Source: a virus (Duplodnaviria > Caudoviricetes). From it: a DNA stretch of 64,000 nt. Shown in pieces: positions 40,368-49,563 of the stretch; the first letter of the stretch is position 1; each line of letters begins with the position of its first letter. The position numbers were made by a program, and so were the translations under genes. The stretch is taken from the IMG/VR virus record IMGVR_UViG_3300021124_000001; one strand, 5' to 3'. Under the pieces are notes generated by a model. The model searched no databases, was not told the DNA's origin, and saw only the letters and a list, made by a program, of their open reading frames with translations.

Positions 40368-40445
40368 TTTATTAACCCCTAGTAGTAACTATATTAGTAT
40401 TTATACTAGGTTATGTTGCAATGCAACAAAAACAGAAAGAAAATT

Positions 40446-40706
40446 ATGATTAAAGCATTAGGTAAAAAAGTTATTGTTGAATTACTTGAAAAAGAGACAG
40501 TCACTCCAGGTGGCATTGTCCTGACACGAGCAGATTCGGATGAAGCCACTCGTGGTGTTGTTCTTGCAGTCGGACCAGATGTGGTTGACATTTCTATGGG
40601 AGATGTTATACTCGCTAACTGGAACAAAGGCCAAAAAATGAAAGTAGAGGACATTGATGCTTACGTTGTTTCGGAAGAAGATATTGTTTTGGTATTTGAA
40701 GATTAA
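40446..40706 (+). CDS. groES: co-chaperonin GroES-like
   Basis: TPGGIVL, G.VLAVGP, GD, EEDI. Confidence 0.9.
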   Translation: MIKALGKKVIVELLEKETVTPGGIVLTRADSDEATRGVVLAVGPDVVDISMGDVILANWNKGQKMKVEDIDAYVVSEEDIVLVFED

Positions 40707-40756
40707 ATCATCCTTCAAATCTGATTGTACCGGTAATTGTATGCAAGGAAGAAATT

Positions 40757-41347
40757 GTGACTGCCGTAAGTAATTTGGATAAGGTCGTTGCCGGTTTAAC
40801 CGGCAGCGGCCAGACAGATTTTGAAATTGAATGTGGAAATCTGAAGAATAGAATCCGGACAAAACTCAATCAAAAGTTGGCTGAACTCCCAAAAGATGTT
40901 CAGGAAACATTGGTGGCAAACTGTATTCTTTCTGGTGGTGCAATTGCTTCCTTATACCATAATGAAGAACCAAAAGATTATGATCTCTGGTCTTTCTTTT
41001 CAACTATTATTCCACTCATTCAAATGAAATTGCAGGGAGTAGAAGATTTTTCGACTATTGATACTGGGAAAAATTATTCTGAAATGGGAGTTGCTTCATT
41101 TACTTCACCAAATGCTGTCACACTTAAAAACTCTATTCAGTTTATCACTTTAGGTGATTACCAAAGCCAACGTGAAAAGTTTGACTTTGTTCACTGTAAG
41201 CCCTATTATAATTTATATGCACAAAAACTTTTTATTTCAGAAGAACAATGGAGCTGTATTAAAAATAAGAAACTTGTTATTAGCCCCGGCCAAAGTCCTA
41301 GTGATATAAGAATTAGCAAGTTTGTCGGTAGAGGATGGAGACATTAA
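40757..41347 (+). CDS. hypothetical protein, possible pol-beta-type nucleotidyltransferase fold
   Basis: SGGAI...KDYD, FDFVH. Confidence 0.5.
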   Translation: MTAVSNLDKVVAGLTGSGQTDFEIECGNLKNRIRTKLNQKLAELPKDVQETLVANCILSGGAIASLYHNEEPKDYDLWSFFSTIIPLIQMKLQGVEDFSTIDTGKNYSEMGVASFTSPNAVTLKNSIQFITLGDYQSQREKFDFVHCKPYYNLYAQKLFISEEQWSCIKNKKLVISPGQSPSDIRISKFVGRGWRH

Positions 41348-41348
41348 A

Positions 41349-41726
41349 ATGGCGATTGTTCATAAAAAATTAAATGATACGACAGTGGTGCCTTCGGTAT
41401 CTTCGGCACCTTCGACTCTATCCAGCAATTGGTCTAACCCATTTGGTTTGACATCGACAGGAATACCTATAAAAGAACATGCAATCAGTGGCCAGATGGT
41501 TACTGTTTCGCTTAATTTTACAGACCATGAAATGAATGGTATTAATAGTATTCCAAAAGATATTATCCGAAAACAACTGGTTAATTTACTTGCAGAAGAA
41601 ATATTCAAAAAGGGCCTTGTATTCTACTCACAGCAATATAAAGCCACTGAAGGTGTCAACTGTGTCATGGCCAGAGCATACTTGGTTCCCAGTGAAACAG
41701 TACAATTACTCCGTACCTTGATATAA
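41349..41726 (+). CDS. hypothetical protein
   Basis: GGAG RBS. Confidence 0.7.
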   Translation: MAIVHKKLNDTTVVPSVSSAPSTLSSNWSNPFGLTSTGIPIKEHAISGQMVTVSLNFTDHEMNGINSIPKDIIRKQLVNLLAEEIFKKGLVFYSQQYKATEGVNCVMARAYLVPSETVQLLRTLI

Positions 41727-41888
41727 AATGAACTTCCTATCCGTCAGCCTTAACTCCATGAACCTATTCTCTTTCATGGTGGGTATGTTCTTTTCCGCCA
41801 CCATGTACCGAGCCAGAGCCATGATATGGGTTGCAATCTATGCTTTTGGATTAGCCGCTTACTATTGGTACCAATCCCAAAATATGAC

Positions 41889-42098
41889 ATGAGCCATAGC
41901 CACACCAATAAAAACAAACCCATCACCATAAGGGACGTGGAACTATACGTATCAACCTATGTGATGATCCATGGTCCAGTAGATTCTAAAGAGTCCTTGA
42001 TACACCTTCTGAATTGGGTAGAGGATTTCAAAGCGATTCCGAGCACCCGGCGTTCCAAAATTATCCGAATGAAGCGAGCCATCCATGAGAACTCGTAG
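41889..42098 (+). CDS. hypothetical protein
   Basis: ORF in a coupled run. Confidence 0.5.
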   Translation: MSHSHTNKNKPITIRDVELYVSTYVMIHGPVDSKESLIHLLNWVEDFKAIPSTRRSKIIRMKRAIHENS

Positions 42099-42366
42099 CC
42101 CTAAACAAATCTTTGTGGTCTCTGGGAACTATAGAGAGTTTATAGATGTCGTTAATAAGAAAAGGAAAGAGTTCTTCGATGCCACGACACTTGCGAATTT
42201 GACTGAAGAATTCCCCAACTACATCTACGTGAGCCATGTAGATACTCTCAAAGGGCGTTCCGAAATAGAGGGCTTCTACTGTGGTACGTATTGGACCCGT
42301 CAAGACCTACATGATATTAAATTTGTTATTGATGTAATAAAAGCGAGAATGAATGCTACCGTCTAA
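42085..42366 (+). CDS. hypothetical protein
   Basis: ORF in a coupled run. Confidence 0.65.
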   Translation: MRTRSPKQIFVVSGNYREFIDVVNKKRKEFFDATTLANLTEEFPNYIYVSHVDTLKGRSEIEGFYCGTYWTRQDLHDIKFVIDVIKARMNATV

Positions 42367-42667
42367 ACCAGCACCCCACAACAAAGTCATCGTGACCTGG
42401 AACCATGGCTTCCAGCATACTTTCATATCGGTCGGGAACGCCTTGACGGGGCATCTGAAGGCCTTAGAAGGATTAGAGTATGTCAAAGAGGTTATGCACT
42501 ATGAGATTACCAAAGAGGAATACGAAGATTTTTATAGTATGACTCTGGATACTGTAGAGTCCCCTGAAAAAAAATCCAGGGGTAAAAAAGGTTTACCTGC
42601 GTTTTCCTCCCTAGAGAATTTTTTCGGGGAACAAAAAGTACCGGTGAAAAAATCCCGGAGAAAATAA
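42353..42667 (+). CDS. hypothetical protein
   Basis: ORF in a coupled run. Confidence 0.65.
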   Translation: MLPSKPAPHNKVIVTWNHGFQHTFISVGNALTGHLKALEGLEYVKEVMHYEITKEEYEDFYSMTLDTVESPEKKSRGKKGLPAFSSLENFFGEQKVPVKKSRRK

Positions 42668-42978
42668 AATAGAGAAAAAAAGAGTTTGACCATGGACGAA
42701 CTTTTTCTAACACATTTTGCCGTAGAACGCCGGCACCGCCACCATACTGTCATCCAAGGACCTGCCCCTGACAGGCCCCTGGTAACCTGTTATCCTTCCC
42801 TACCCCTCACTCCAACCACATGGCGCTCCATTAATAACTCGACCAGTGCCCCCGAATCACTGTGCCCAAGTAACTCCAAAACCATTGTATTCCATGCCAT
42901 GCCCATATTATGCTCCTAATACTATTATATCCAAAATGAGAGTGGCCAACCCAATGGCCACCAATAAGAGGGAAACCC

Positions 42979-43218
42979 TCATGCCATCTCCTTCCGTAAT
43001 TGGATCTCTATCTCCTTGCTGGCGGTGGTACGGTTCATATACTCCAGTGCCTCTTGGCGCTTTGCTTTAGGCAATTGGTCTACTATGCTTGCCAAGTGGG
43101 AACCGAGATAACCTGCCAAGAACATGTAAGCCTCGGCAGTGGTATAGCCCTTGGTAACTTGCAATTCCACGATGGAGTTGGTGAATTGGTTAATGACGGA
43201 GCGGGAATCTACTGACAT
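42979..43218 (-). CDS. early hypothetical protein
   Basis: AAGGA RBS, own promoter upstream. Confidence 0.75.
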   Translation of the reverse strand: MSVDSRSVINQFTNSIVELQVTKGYTTAEAYMFLAGYLGSHLASIVDQLPKAKRQEALEYMNRTTASKEIEIQLRKEMA

Positions 43219-43362
43219 TTTCTTTCCTTTGTTTTGTTTAAGATGGCTCTATTATACCACTTCCACGGAGAACCACAAGGATTATTTGGAATACTTGACC
43301 GGAGTGGAGTGTTATTGGAGGGCCCTTGACGGGACCTCCATGGAGTGCTATAATGGATGGCT

Positions 43363-43608
43363 TCAGTCGGCCTCCTGCTCCTCTGGCTCCATCTGGTCCT
43401 CGGTATAGTCTTCCACGTATATGTCAGAATCCACCAGGCAATCACAATATTGGATAAAATCCTCACGGTATGCCACTGGATCTAATTCACGGAGTACCGT
43501 TGATGGCATAAAGGACAGGTACCCGACCTTTACCATGGGATTGGTATCATCCAGCATTTCCTCGAAAAGTTGGATGGCATCATATTCGGAGATCAATTGT
43601 GGGCGCAT
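43363..43608 (-). CDS. acidic early hypothetical protein
   Basis: TAAGGA RBS; LRELDPVAYR. Confidence 0.8.
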   Translation of the reverse strand: MRPQLISEYDAIQLFEEMLDDTNPMVKVGYLSFMPSTVLRELDPVAYREDFIQYCDCLVDSDIYVEDYTEDQMEPEEQEAD

Positions 43609-43617
43609 TGTAGTTCC

Positions 43618-43728
43618 TTATTTGGTTGCGAATTGAGCCAGAGCGAGACCCATTTGGATGCCTGATATCCAGGTTATGAGGAATACCAGGTTGTCAGTAT
43701 TGGAGAAAAAGTTACGGATTTTGTTCAT
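43618..43728 (-). CDS. 36-aa membrane peptide
   Basis: TAAGGAACTACAATG start; hydrophobic. Confidence 0.6.
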   Translation of the reverse strand: MNKIRNFFSNTDNLVFLITWISGIQMGLALAQFATK

Positions 43729-43737
43729 TGTAGTTCC

Positions 43738-43836
43738 TTAGGGTTTCATTTGGAAGAGGATGTAAAAGAAAACTGGACCACCGAATAGGAGTGCCAGGAC
43801 GGTTGCTTGGATTAGGTCTTTAATTTGTTTCATCAT
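43738..43836 (-). CDS. 32-aa membrane peptide
   Basis: Hydrophobic ORF directly after a promoter. Confidence 0.55.
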   Translation of the reverse strand: MMKQIKDLIQATVLALLFGGPVFFYILFQMKP

Positions 43837-43895
43837 GGATGGATTGTAACCGAAGTGGATGGATTTTGCAAGCGATACTTGACCGGATTGTAGTG

Positions 43896-44057
43896 TTATT
43901 CGCCTATGATAACCAGGTCATCCGACCACACGTGGATGTCATCCGCTTCCACAGCCGCCTGGTACTCTTGGTTCATTGCCATTTCCACCAAGGCATTCTG
44001 GTTAGGAAGGGCCTGGAGGATGGCTATCAATTGTGCTACAGTCAGTTGGTTTTGCAT
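43896..44057 (-). CDS. early hypothetical protein
   Basis: AAGGA RBS; LTVAQLIAILQALP. Confidence 0.75.
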   Translation of the reverse strand: MQNQLTVAQLIAILQALPNQNALVEMAMNQEYQAAVEADDIHVWSDDLVIIGE

Positions 44058-44834
44058 TTTCTGTTCCTTTGTTGCTTGGTATGGCTCTATTATACCACGA
44101 CCAAGGAGAACCACAACCAATACTTGACCATTCCATGTGCCTATTGCAGACACTACCTGGCCACCTGATTTCCGTGGAACATGCAAAAACCTCGAGGTTT
44201 TGACTGGTTTCCTGGAAATCAGGTGGCCAGGTAGTGTGTCGTTTCCTTGCAACACCACGAGGCCTTGACAATCCCACTGGTTCTGGTATAATTGGTACCA
44301 GATTCGAAGCCAAGCGGGATGCACGTGGAGGCTGCCTGTATGGTTTCTGGAGTGCCGACACCTTACTGGAATTATAGCATAAAAACTAGGAACCTGTCAA
44401 CCGTGAACTTTTTTCTTACGTGGGGCATTGTGAGAACCTTTCGGTACCTTGTGGTATCCTCTGGAAGTGGTATAATGGCACCATGATTCGAAGCAAAGGC
44501 GGGGTGGACGTGGAGTGTGGTCGTATGGTTACTGGAAACTTTTGAGAACCTTTGTGTTCCAAGTGTTTTGAATACCAAACGGTACCTTGCGGAATCTCGG
44601 AAACCGTGCTATAATGCCAGGATTTTCGCCGGACAATCGCACCTAAACGCTAACATGTTAGTGGACACTCACAAAAGCGACAGGTGTTGCGCGGATACAA
44701 CAAAATGTAAAAATATGCGTGGAAATTGTAAAAAACCCTTGACATACCATTCCGGTCAACCATTCCACATTGTCCTTGCATAGTGGAACTGGATCGGTTA
44801 TAATGGCACCATGCAATCAATGAATGGATCCTCT

Positions 44835-45113
44835 ATGAATACCAAAGACTTAATGGCTCAATTAGAATCCCTTAATAAGGAAATATCCAAAATGGAATAT
44901 GCCGAGGCAGTTAATGCTAATAAGGGTCGCTATAAAATGTCCAATGATATTAAAGCATTGGATAATCTGGAAGTGGATGCCATTCAAAATCAAAAATATA
45001 TCGACCGGATTATCTCGGTTAATGCTATGATTGATTATCGTTCTAATGGTGGTAATATCACTAAATGTAGAACGGTTACTAGTAAGAGAATGAAACGTTT
45101 ATATGGAGTATAA
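44835..45113 (+). CDS. early hypothetical protein
   Basis: ORF after promoter; start may be 44811. Confidence 0.65.
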   Translation: MNTKDLMAQLESLNKEISKMEYAEAVNANKGRYKMSNDIKALDNLEVDAIQNQKYIDRIISVNAMIDYRSNGGNITKCRTVTSKRMKRLYGV

Positions 45114-45114
45114 T

Positions 45115-45351
45115 ATGATTAAAATGGTTAAACTGGTTAATGGTGTCGAAACTGAATTGGTATTATCCCATACTGATTTGGATGTGATTATGTCGGCATT
45201 GAATGTATATGAAAATTACATAATGGATAATGAGCCATTATTCGGAGAAGATGAAAATGGCGATAAAACAGAGGATTATGATATATGGTCCGAAGAAAAT
45301 GGTAATTATGAGAGTTTTGATAATCGGTTCACGCAGTTTTTGAATCAATAA
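45115..45351 (+). CDS. acidic hypothetical protein
   Basis: GGAG RBS. Confidence 0.7.
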   Translation: MIKMVKLVNGVETELVLSHTDLDVIMSALNVYENYIMDNEPLFGEDENGDKTEDYDIWSEENGNYESFDNRFTQFLNQ

Positions 45352-45360
45352 GGAGATAAT

Positions 45361-45624
45361 ATGAATAAAATTCTATTCAATAAGAAAATGGTATTATATT
45401 CGAATCATTATAAAAATGTTTCTGAAGTATATCTTGTGCCATTTACATTATCGGCTGAATATCAGCATTTTCATTTACACGAACCAAATATCAATTTAAC
45501 TGGTATTGAGTTAACCGCCAAAGTAGATATTCAAAATCGTATTCGTGACGTATTATCTAAAATGAATATGGTTTTATTGAATATCTCATTTACTTCAAAC
45601 ACATTAACTATAGGAATTGAATAA
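45361..45624 (+). CDS. hypothetical protein
   Basis: AGGAG RBS. Confidence 0.75.
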   Translation: MNKILFNKKMVLYSNHYKNVSEVYLVPFTLSAEYQHFHLHEPNINLTGIELTAKVDIQNRIRDVLSKMNMVLLNISFTSNTLTIGIE

Positions 45625-45809
45625 TGATCGGAATAACCACTTATAATGAAGCATTGAATATCATTAATCAATATGGTATCGATAATAACTGTGATTCTCT
45701 TATTGAGGCCATTTCTATGATGGAAGATAATCAATATGATTTGTCGAGGTTTCAATTAATGTGCATGAATATTGTATTAGGTGAAATGGAGGCATATTAT
45801 GGTACATAA
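45624..45809 (+). CDS. hypothetical protein
   Basis: Coupled TAATG junction. Confidence 0.7.
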   Translation: MIGITTYNEALNIINQYGIDNNCDSLIEAISMMEDNQYDLSRFQLMCMNIVLGEMEAYYGT

Positions 45810-45829
45810 TGAGGTAAATATTTAATAAT

Positions 45830-45859
45830 AACCCGCATGGATTATCCCAGCGGGTTTTT
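45830..45859 (+). terminator. rho-independent terminator
   Basis: AACCCGC...GCGGGTT plus T-run. Confidence 0.65.
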
Positions 45860-45976
45860 GAGGTGAAAAGGTACTATAATGAAATATATGTTAATCACAA
45901 GTAAAGGTAAAGTTTTTACATTTTACATTAAAGATTTGGCATTATCTTATTATTATGCTTATGGTGGTGTTCTAAG

Positions 45977-46038
45977 TGTTGTTTCCATGCAACATGACGA
46001 TAAAAAACCGTTGACAATTTCCAGGATTCCTGTATAAT
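45977..46038 (+). promoter_or_regulatory. palindrome plus sigma70 promoter
   Basis: TGTTG-N8-CAACA 45977-45994; TTGACA at 46011 ... TATAAT. Confidence 0.85.
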
Positions 46039-46094
46039 AACCACATTGATTCAGTAATTCAGCACTTTGATTGTAATTTTTAAAGGAATATATT

Positions 46095-46844
46095 ATGCAC
46101 TTATTATCTACTGGTAATCCCAAGACATTAAAAGGTCAATCACAAGGTTATATGACGTATATTCTGCATTTAGCACCATATACATTATCCGGTAAAAATA
46201 CGTGCCCAAAAGCAACCGCCGGTTGTATTATGTCCTGCCTTAATACTGCTGGTCGAGGTGGTATGTTCAAAAAAGGTGAAAATACTAATATTATCCAGCA
46301 AGCTCGTATTCGTAAAACACAATTATTTTATAATAATCGTAACGAGTTTTTCAAATTATTGTTCAGAGATATTACTTTGGCAATTAAACAATCAGCTAAA
46401 CTCGGATTAACTCCTGTTTTCCGTTTAAATGGTACATCTGATTTATCGTGGGAGAAATATGGTTTCACAATTAATGGTTACTATTATGAGAATATCTTTA
46501 ATGCTTTCCCTAATGTAACCTTTTATGATTATACTAAGGTATTAGGTCGTAAAGTATCGAATATCCCCAATTATTCGTTGACATTTTCTGCCGCTGATGG
46601 TAATGATGGTGACGTATTATTGGCAATTCAACAAGGTTATAATATTGCCACTGTATTTGGTATTAAGAAAACTAGCCCAATGCCTGAAACATATAATGGT
46701 TTGCCTGTATTTAACGGTGACGAGTCCGATTTGCGTTTTCTTGATCCAAAAGGTGTTATCGTTGGATTATATGCAAAAGGTAAAGCCAAGAAAGATAATA
46801 GTGGTTTTGTTAAGTATCCAACGATTATGATGCAACCGGCATAA
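46095..46844 (+). CDS. gp88-like protein (three-Cys, possible Fe-S/radical-SAM-like)
   Basis: CP.AT.GC...C, RLNGTSD, FYDYTK, GD.SDLRFLD. Confidence 0.7.
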   Translation: MHLLSTGNPKTLKGQSQGYMTYILHLAPYTLSGKNTCPKATAGCIMSCLNTAGRGGMFKKGENTNIIQQARIRKTQLFYNNRNEFFKLLFRDITLAIKQSAKLGLTPVFRLNGTSDLSWEKYGFTINGYYYENIFNAFPNVTFYDYTKVLGRKVSNIPNYSLTFSAADGNDGDVLLAIQQGYNIATVFGIKKTSPMPETYNGLPVFNGDESDLRFLDPKGVIVGLYAKGKAKKDNSGFVKYPTIMMQPA

Positions 46845-46848
46845 TCCA

Positions 46849-46900
46849 GCATTACTGATGAGGATTTAATATCCGAAACCGATGTGAATCGGTCTAATGC
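46849..46900 (+). ncRNA. type I hammerhead ribozyme
   Basis: Stem I GCATTA/TAATGC; CTGATGA; stem II GGAT/ATCC; GAAA; stem III CCGAT/ATCGG; GTC cleavage triplet, cut after 46894. Confidence 0.93.
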
Positions 46901-46919
46901 AACATATAGAGGTAACAAA

Positions 46920-47105
46920 ATGCGAGATAAAATGATTGAGGCATTGGTCGATAATGATTTTAATTCTATTATGAGTGGTGATGCAACTGAATTGCTGAAT
47001 TCATATTTGGAATTTGGCCATCGTGGTTACCGTGATTATTCCACTTTGGAGTTAATCAGAGAATGTAATGAACGTGAAATTTATTTGGATATTTTGGAGG
47101 CTTAA
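46920..47105 (+). CDS. hypothetical protein
   Basis: GAGGT RBS after the ribozyme. Confidence 0.75.
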   Translation: MRDKMIEALVDNDFNSIMSGDATELLNSYLEFGHRGYRDYSTLELIRECNEREIYLDILEA

Positions 47106-47106
47106 T

Positions 47107-47328
47107 ATGAAACGCAAGTTGCCATTTGATTGTTTGATTATGGATTCTGAACCTGTCGAGGTAAGAAACCCATTTTCGGGCCAATCATGTAAATTAGAAC
47201 CAGATGCCGTTGCGGTATATGACTCTATTATGGGAGGTAATATGACCGGTAACTATAAAATCGTCCAAAAGGGCTGTGATTGGTTTCGTAAGTATTTTCC
47301 TGAAGAATATATGATTTTATTGGATTGA
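47107..47328 (+). CDS. hypothetical protein
   Basis: GGAGG RBS; NPFSG, WFR..FP.EY..LLD. Confidence 0.8.
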   Translation: MKRKLPFDCLIMDSEPVEVRNPFSGQSCKLEPDAVAVYDSIMGGNMTGNYKIVQKGCDWFRKYFPEEYMILLD

Positions 47329-47376
47329 TTATGTTCAAACTCAAAGAATATGAATATGAGATTGTGGAAGAAGATG

Positions 47377-47438
47377 TGTTGTAAAAAAACAACATAACCA
47401 AGGATATTTGTTGACAATCCTTGGATTCCGTGTATAAT
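47377..47438 (+). promoter_or_regulatory. palindrome plus sigma70 promoter
   Basis: TGTTG-N8-CAACA 47377-47394; TTGACA at 47411 ... TATAAT. Confidence 0.85.
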
Positions 47439-47462
47439 TGTATTTTTTATTGATGAGGTAAT

Positions 47463-47999
47463 GTGATGTCTAATGTATTCAATACTGGTGTTAATCCAGT
47501 CCATTCTGGTATTTACGTGGTCGACCGCGGTGAGAAACTAGGTACACCGTTGCGTTGGTTCGATGCCGACACTGGTGAATGGTCTCGTTGTGAATATACA
47601 ATGGAAGATGTTATTAATGCCAAGGGTAAACCATCGGCACTTGGATTCTTGCCCTGGCGCGGTCCTGTCAAGGTAGCAAAACCAAAACCAGCCGCTGAGG
47701 TTGCATTGGTTAATGATGTACACGTTACAAATACCAATAACCCAGTCGATTTTCCCAAGACTAAAGCCAAACCAGTCAAGGTTGCTAAAGTAAAAGCACC
47801 AAAAGCTGTTAAGGTAGCAAAATCAACTGGTACTAAAGCCACACACCCTGACGGTACTATTATCTTCCGTGCAGACCGTAACAAATACATGGCATGGTTT
47901 GGCGGTAAGCCAGTTGCGGCGCGACCAACTATCGAATCGGCTAAGAATTTTCTAATTAAGAAAGGTATTACTGCCGAAAATATCAATGTAATTGCATAA
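47463..47999 (+). CDS. two-domain early protein with K/A/V/P-rich linker
   Basis: GAGGT RBS, histone-like VKVAK repeats. Confidence 0.8.
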   Translation: MMSNVFNTGVNPVHSGIYVVDRGEKLGTPLRWFDADTGEWSRCEYTMEDVINAKGKPSALGFLPWRGPVKVAKPKPAAEVALVNDVHVTNTNNPVDFPKTKAKPVKVAKVKAPKAVKVAKSTGTKATHPDGTIIFRADRNKYMAWFGGKPVAARPTIESAKNFLIKKGITAENINVIA

Positions 48000-48063
48000 A
48001 TAGGTGTGGGTCACCACCCACCACAGGTGCACCCACTCTAATATCTATTACGGAGATACCAGC

Positions 48064-48501
48064 ATGAAATATGTATATATTACGGCCGAGTTTAATAAAA
48101 AAATGTGTGAGATTTTTGAAGTTGATTATACGCCGACAGATACAACAAGATTTTTACTAAACAAAACCGAATCCATAATGCCTGTTAACATTGGTATTGA
48201 TATTGGTGTATTTGGTAAAGACCCATGGAACAAAGGTAAAAATACTGGACCATTATCAGAATCACACAGAAAATCATTATCATTGGCGGCAAAAAATTAT
48301 AAGAGAACACCAGAGCATCAAGAAAATAATAGAATCGCAAGGTCAGATTCTTGGTCAGTAACTAATCCAAAAGGTGAAACATTTACTATAAAAAGTATGA
48401 ATCATTTTTGTAAATGTAATCAATTAAATGCAGGACATATGACCTTGGTATCTCAAGGTAAAAGAAAACAACATAAAGGATGGACTTGTTCCAAAATATA
48501 A
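48064..48501 (+). CDS. NUMOD-type DNA-binding protein (homing-endonuclease derivative)
   Basis: PWNKGK, SESHRKSLS, KRKQHKGWTC; no nuclease motif seen. Confidence 0.7.
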   Translation: MKYVYITAEFNKKMCEIFEVDYTPTDTTRFLLNKTESIMPVNIGIDIGVFGKDPWNKGKNTGPLSESHRKSLSLAAKNYKRTPEHQENNRIARSDSWSVTNPKGETFTIKSMNHFCKCNQLNAGHMTLVSQGKRKQHKGWTCSKI

Positions 48502-48698
48502 TGAACGAACGAATTAAAGAACTTGCTAAACAAGCAACTGTTCATGGCGATACTGAGCATCACCTGGACATACCGTTATGGTACTTGGAGCAGTTCGCCA
48601 AGTTGATTGTGAAAGAATGTACCAATATTGTGTTACACTATACTGATGTTGATGAAGGTGTAGCAGTGGCCAAGAAACATTTCGGAGTTGAAGAATGA
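48501..48698 (+). CDS. MNERI/KFAELIV/HFGVEE family member 1
   Basis: All three constant blocks. Confidence 0.85.
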   Translation: MNERIKELAKQATVHGDTEHHLDIPLWYLEQFAKLIVKECTNIVLHYTDVDEGVAVAKKHFGVEE

Positions 48699-48988
48699 AA
48701 ACATCAGATATTAAAAAAGGTATGCGTGTCCGTCTTGCCAATGGTTGGTACGGTACTATGATGGATAATATGCGAGGTACTACCCGGCTTGTAGAGGTAG
48801 AAGGCCATTACACTGAAACCGGGTCGGTATATTCACATGATATTATTGTGGCTCAAACACCTACAGGCTGGGAAGCCGTTGTGCATACTGCAAAAGAATT
48901 GCAGTGCAAAGAAATGAATGAAGCGTTTTTTGGTGGTGGTGAAGAAGACCTACCATTTAAAAATGGTCTAGAATATATGTCAAACTAA
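48695..48988 (+). CDS. SH3/KOW-like hypothetical protein
   Basis: IKKGMRV; starts within the GGAGTTGAAGAATGA junction. Confidence 0.75.
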   Translation: MKTSDIKKGMRVRLANGWYGTMMDNMRGTTRLVEVEGHYTETGSVYSHDIIVAQTPTGWEAVVHTAKELQCKEMNEAFFGGGEEDLPFKNGLEYMSN

Positions 48989-49010
48989 GTATTGAATAAA
49001 GGAATATATT

Positions 49011-49553
49011 ATGCCAAACTGGTGCTCTAATGTTGTGGTTATCTCTCACGTTGAACCATCCAAACTGGATGTTATTCGTGATGCTGTTAAGGTAGCGGCC
49101 GAAGCCTCTACTGGTGAACATTTTTTCAATACTCTGGTGCCACGACCAGTAAATGAAGAAGAAAATTGGTATGAATGGAACGTGACCAATTGGGGTTGTA
49201 AATGGGATGTAGAGCCACAAATTACCGAAGATACTGGTGATTCTATTACTTTGACCTTTGATACCGCATGGGCACCACCAATTCAATTCTATAATGAGAT
49301 GGTCGAGCGTGATTATGAGGTTCGGGCATTCTATGATGAATCTGGTATGGCATTCGCTGGCATTTATGATAATGGCAATGACGATGATTATGAATATGGC
49401 AGTATGGACTCCAGTGAGATTGTAGATAATCTACCTCAAGAATTGGATGAAATGTTTGCTATCTCTGAGCAAAAGGCCGATTGGGAATCTGAAAACGAAG
49501 AACCTGATGTGGATGAAGCACAGGAATGGAACGATTTTGATCCAGAGTGTTGA
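49011..49553 (+). CDS. DUF1281/YubB ferredoxin-like protein
   Basis: MPNWCSN, WY.W...NWG.KWD, F.TAW.PP. Confidence 0.8.
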   Translation: MPNWCSNVVVISHVEPSKLDVIRDAVKVAAEASTGEHFFNTLVPRPVNEEENWYEWNVTNWGCKWDVEPQITEDTGDSITLTFDTAWAPPIQFYNEMVERDYEVRAFYDESGMAFAGIYDNGNDDDYEYGSMDSSEIVDNLPQELDEMFAISEQKADWESENEEPDVDEAQEWNDFDPEC

Positions 49554-49563
49554 AAGGAAATAA

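Larger units (their letters stand above)
43240..44810. promoter_or_regulatory. cluster of about 9 sigma70-type promoters on both strands at the strand switch
   Basis: TTG(A/C/T)NN-17-TA(T/C)AAT on - near 43250, 43845, 44090, 44371; on + near 43326, 44265, 44449, 44587, 44775. Confidence 0.75.

Noticed and set aside
42686-42919. 77-aa ORF
   Set aside because: Low-complexity Pro/His-rich translation in the convergence zone; coding status unsupported.
44058-44783. ORFs across the promoter field (43896 extension, 44002, 44292, 44372, 44517)
   Set aside because: No RBS, atypical composition; sequence explained by promoters.
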